A stretch of DNA of 16,832 nucleotides from Candidatus Hadarchaeales archaeon (GTDB lineage Archaea > Hadarchaeota > Hadarchaeia > Hadarchaeales > JAWBSP01). The position numbers and the translations under genes are program-made. This document shows, piece by piece, positions 14,595 through 16,832 of this stretch. The stretch lies in contig JAWBSP010000021.1 in the NCBI GenBank assembly GCA_038842485.1, positions 1 through 16,832 on the forward strand, read 5' to 3'. The notes under the pieces were generated by a model that was not told the DNA's origin, did no database searches, and worked only from the letters and a program-made list of their open reading frames with translations. Position 1 is the first letter of the stretch; every line of letters starts with the position of its first letter.

Positions 14595-14616
14595 AACTTA
14601 TAATTAATCATAAGTT
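14595..14616. promoter_or_regulatory. 22-bp near-perfect AT-rich palindrome AACTTATAATTAATCATAAGTT upstream of sufC (candidate operator overlapping TATA)
   Basis: Arms match at 10 of 11 positions. Contains TTATAA and lies about 165 bp upstream of the sufC ATG. Confidence 0.5.
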
Positions 14617-14634
14617 CTTGACCGGCGGGGAGCG

Positions 14635-15249
14635 CTAGAAAAACGTGGAGCGGGAGTCCACAAGTGTCCTGATCCTCTCCTCCAGACCGAGCTCAGCGAA
14701 GATTTTCTCTAGAGTGACCGGATCGCTTCTGGTTTTCGGAGATGGGGGGACCGCCTTGCACCCGCCCGCGTGGGAGGGGGACCAGATGCCTAACTTTCTT
14801 GCGAGTGCCTCGATCTCCGTTTTGTCCATTCCCAGCAGGGGCCTGAAGACGGGATAGCGCAGCCCGTGAGAGATTGCCAGCAGATTGGGGAGGGTTTGGC
14901 TCGCCTTCTGCCCCAGAGCCTCGCCCGTCACGATTCCCGATGCGCCCTCGAGCTCACACATGACCTCGGCGGCCCTTAGCATCCCCTTCTTGCAGAGGAG
15001 GCAGGTGAATTTTCTGTATTCGGATTTCACCAAGAGATCCAGAAAGGAACCCCAGCGGATCAGGATACCCCTGTTGAGCCTGCACACCCTGCCAAGCCTC
15101 CGGAGGGATTCGACCGTTCTCTCAAGACTTTCCCTGCCGGCGTAGAGTTCTGTGTGGAAGTGCAGGGGGACGATTTCAAACCTTTTCGACATCATGGCGC
15201 AGGCAACGGGGGAGTCTATCCCGCCAGAGAAGAGAGCGATAAGCTTCAT
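14635..15249 (-). CDS. thiI: ThiI/TtuI-like PP-loop sulfurtransferase, catalytic domain only (no THUMP, no rhodanese)
   Basis: PP-loop 'SGGIDS', 'CLLCKK', 'TGEALGQKASQT', 'RPLLGMDKTEI' and 'GGC'. About 204 aa. Start ATG 15249; TTG 15252 is an alternative. Confidence 0.85.
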   Translation of the reverse strand: MKLIALFSGGIDSPVACAMMSKRFEIVPLHFHTELYAGRESLERTVESLRRLGRVCRLNRGILIRWGSFLDLLVKSEYRKFTCLLCKKGMLRAAEVMCELEGASGIVTGEALGQKASQTLPNLLAISHGLRYPVFRPLLGMDKTEIEALARKLGIWSPSHAGGCKAVPPSPKTRSDPVTLEKIFAELGLEERIRTLVDSRSTFF

Positions 15250-15314
15250 CAAAACCTGAAATGGGACTCTTTTGGGTCTACTGCCGCACGTTCACTGTTA
15301 GGCGGGGGCTATAG

Positions 15315-15342
15315 AATGATTCAGTAACTGAATTATTCAGTA
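15315..15342. promoter_or_regulatory. Inverted-repeat element AATGATTCAGT-A-ACTGAATTATT plus a third half-site (candidate operator)
   Basis: 11-1-11 inverted repeat with one mismatch at 15315-15337. Heptamer ATTCAGT/ACTGAAT occurs three times in alternating orientation (15319, 15327, 15335). Confidence 0.5.
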
Positions 15343-15503
15343 GGTGAATGCAATGCTTCGTGCATAGAGAGCTGAACTCGGGGCCCTTTTCGGGGTAGGC
15401 TTCGGGGAAAGGAGAAAATAAGAAAGGAGGGACGCGTCGTCATGGAGAGATTTTCAACTCCAGCGCCGAAAGCGTGAATTATAACACGAGATTTTGGTTT
15501 TTG

Positions 15504-16490
15504 ATGGTCAAGCTCGGCCTGATAGGGTGTGGCAGGATTGGCACGTTGCATGCAAAAAATCTGAAGACGCGCGTTCCCGGTGTCGAGCTCGTGGCGGTTT
15601 CCGATGTGAACCTTGAAAGCGCCCGCCGGCTTGCCTCCGAGCTGGGTCTCGAGAAAGCGACGGCAGATTACAGGGAACTTCTTCGCATGGATCTGGACGG
15701 TGTCCTCGTCTGCACGAGCACCGAAACTCACAGGGAGATAGTGGTGGCTGCTAGCGAGGCGGGAAAGCACATCTTCTGCGAGAAGCCGCTGGCTAGGGAC
15801 CTGAAGGAGGTCGACGAGATGCTGGAGGCGGTGAGGAAGGGGAGGGTGAAACTCCAGGTGGGTTTCAACCGCAGGTTCGACCCCAACATCTCGGCCCTCA
15901 AGGCGCAGATCCCGGGCCTCGGGCGCCCCCTGCTACTGAAAATAACCAGCAGGGATCCAGATTTTCCTCCCTTCGAGTATCTGAGGGTTTCGGGTGGGAT
16001 ATGGGTTGACATGACCATTCACGACTTCGACATGGCGCGCTTCCTGATGGGTGAGGTGGAGGAGGTCTACTCGACGGGCTCGGTTCTGCTCGAGCCGAGG
16101 CTGAAGGAGCTGGGGGATCTGGACACGGTGGTGACGGTTCTGAGGTTCGAGAGCGGTGCCCTGGGGGTGATAGACAACTGCAGGAGGGCGGTTTACGGAT
16201 ACGACCAGAGGGTGGAAGTGCTGGGGGAGCGCGGGATGGTGGAGGTGCCCAACCTCAGGCCGGTCAGTTCCCTCCGTCACGATCAGACCGGAACCCACCT
16301 GCCCAAGATGTACCATTTCTTCCCCGACAGGTACGAGCTCTCCTTCGTCGAGGAGATGAGGGCTTTCGTCAGGTGTATTCAGACCGACATGGAACCCCCA
16401 GTGACGGGAGAGGACGGGAAAAAGGCCTTGGTTCTCGCGCTTCTCGCCCAGCGCTCCTTCCAGGAGGGACGCCCCCTTAAGGTGGGTTAG
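15504..16490 (+). CDS. iolG: myo-inositol 2-dehydrogenase-like Gfo/Idh/MocA oxidoreductase, 328 aa
   Basis: Motifs 'IGCGRIG..HA', 'HIFCEKP', 'QVGFNRRFD', 'ITSRDP', 'SGGIWVDMTIHDFDMARF' and 'YGYDQRVEV', characteristic of the IolG subfamily. AATTATAA at 15477-15484 suggests a leaderless start at ATG 15504. Confidence 0.88.
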   Translation: MVKLGLIGCGRIGTLHAKNLKTRVPGVELVAVSDVNLESARRLASELGLEKATADYRELLRMDLDGVLVCTSTETHREIVVAASEAGKHIFCEKPLARDLKEVDEMLEAVRKGRVKLQVGFNRRFDPNISALKAQIPGLGRPLLLKITSRDPDFPPFEYLRVSGGIWVDMTIHDFDMARFLMGEVEEVYSTGSVLLEPRLKELGDLDTVVTVLRFESGALGVIDNCRRAVYGYDQRVEVLGERGMVEVPNLRPVSSLRHDQTGTHLPKMYHFFPDRYELSFVEEMRAFVRCIQTDMEPPVTGEDGKKALVLALLAQRSFQEGRPLKVG

Positions 16491-16499
16491 GCTCGACTC

Positions 16500-16832
16500 A
16501 TGGAAGGAATCGAGTTACCGGGCTTCAAGGTCTACCCCTCCTCCCTTCAGAAAGTGGGGGAGTCCACCCTCTTTCTGGCTAGGCGGGGGGTTCAGAGATT
16601 CCTAGTGGTAGTGGGAAAGAAGCCGGCGAGGTTCAGGGGAAGGCAGATGGTCATCGGGGGAAAGAAGGTACACCTCTGCCCAGCCGACGGGAGAAATCTG
16701 CGGGTCCTGATGTCCCTCTTTTCCTTCCTCCGTCCTAAGCCCGCGTGGCTGAGACCCTCGGTGGGTTTTGGGGACAGGCTTGGGCTCGCCACTCCCGGAC
16801 ACGTGAGGGCGGCGCGCAGGCTGAAAATCTTT
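16500..16832 (+). CDS. uxaE: Tagaturonate/fructuronate epimerase UxaE family, N-terminal part (runs off window; absent from ORF track)
   Basis: ATG 16500 lies 9 nt after the iolG stop and the frame is open to the window end. Hand translation MEGIELPGFKVYPSSL...NLRVLMSLFSFLRPKPAWLRPSVGFGDRLGLATPGHVRAARRLKIF contains the UxaE signature S.G.GDRLGLATPGH..A. Confidence 0.82.
   Translation, partial: MEGIELPGFKVYPSSLQKVGESTLFLARRGVQRFLVVVGKKPARFRGRQMVIGGKKVHLCPADGRNLRVLMSLFSFLRPKPAWLRPSVGFGDRLGLATPGHVRAARRLKIF

Overview
Gene-dense, GC-rich archaeal chromosomal window. The archaeal assignment rests on class I LysRS, Trm11/TrmG10, archaeal-type PRPP synthetase, a COG2413 nucleotidyltransferase, TATA-like boxes and TGATG/GTGA gene overlaps; finer taxonomy cannot be established from sequence alone. 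Left to right: the 3' end of lysS; a lower-GC, gene-poor stretch (397-814) with an unlisted 57-aa ORF and two identical 14-bp palindromes placed symmetrically around an AT tract; a nucleotidyltransferase plus 2-TM hypothetical pair; an M50/PDZ site-2 protease; an M42 aminopeptidase with Usp; an ArsB/NhaD permease; a prs-trm11-rnz operon; a PflX-like radical SAM, MBL hydrolase and membrane-anchored aKMT/FAM173-like methyltransferase operon; a co-directional run of THUMP-less ThiI, sufC/sufB (SMS-type), ferredoxin and HAD hydrolase; and the start of an iolG-uxaE operon. uxaE is missing from the ORF track because it runs off the window. The best leads are a possible Thermotoga-type inositol-to-tagaturonate pathway in an archaeon, the THUMP-less Fe-S ThiI next to a minimal Fe-S assembly system, and the twin-palindrome element at 700-777. 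No tRNA, rRNA, CRISPR array or transposase was seen. All family calls come from motif recognition by eye; no database searches were run.
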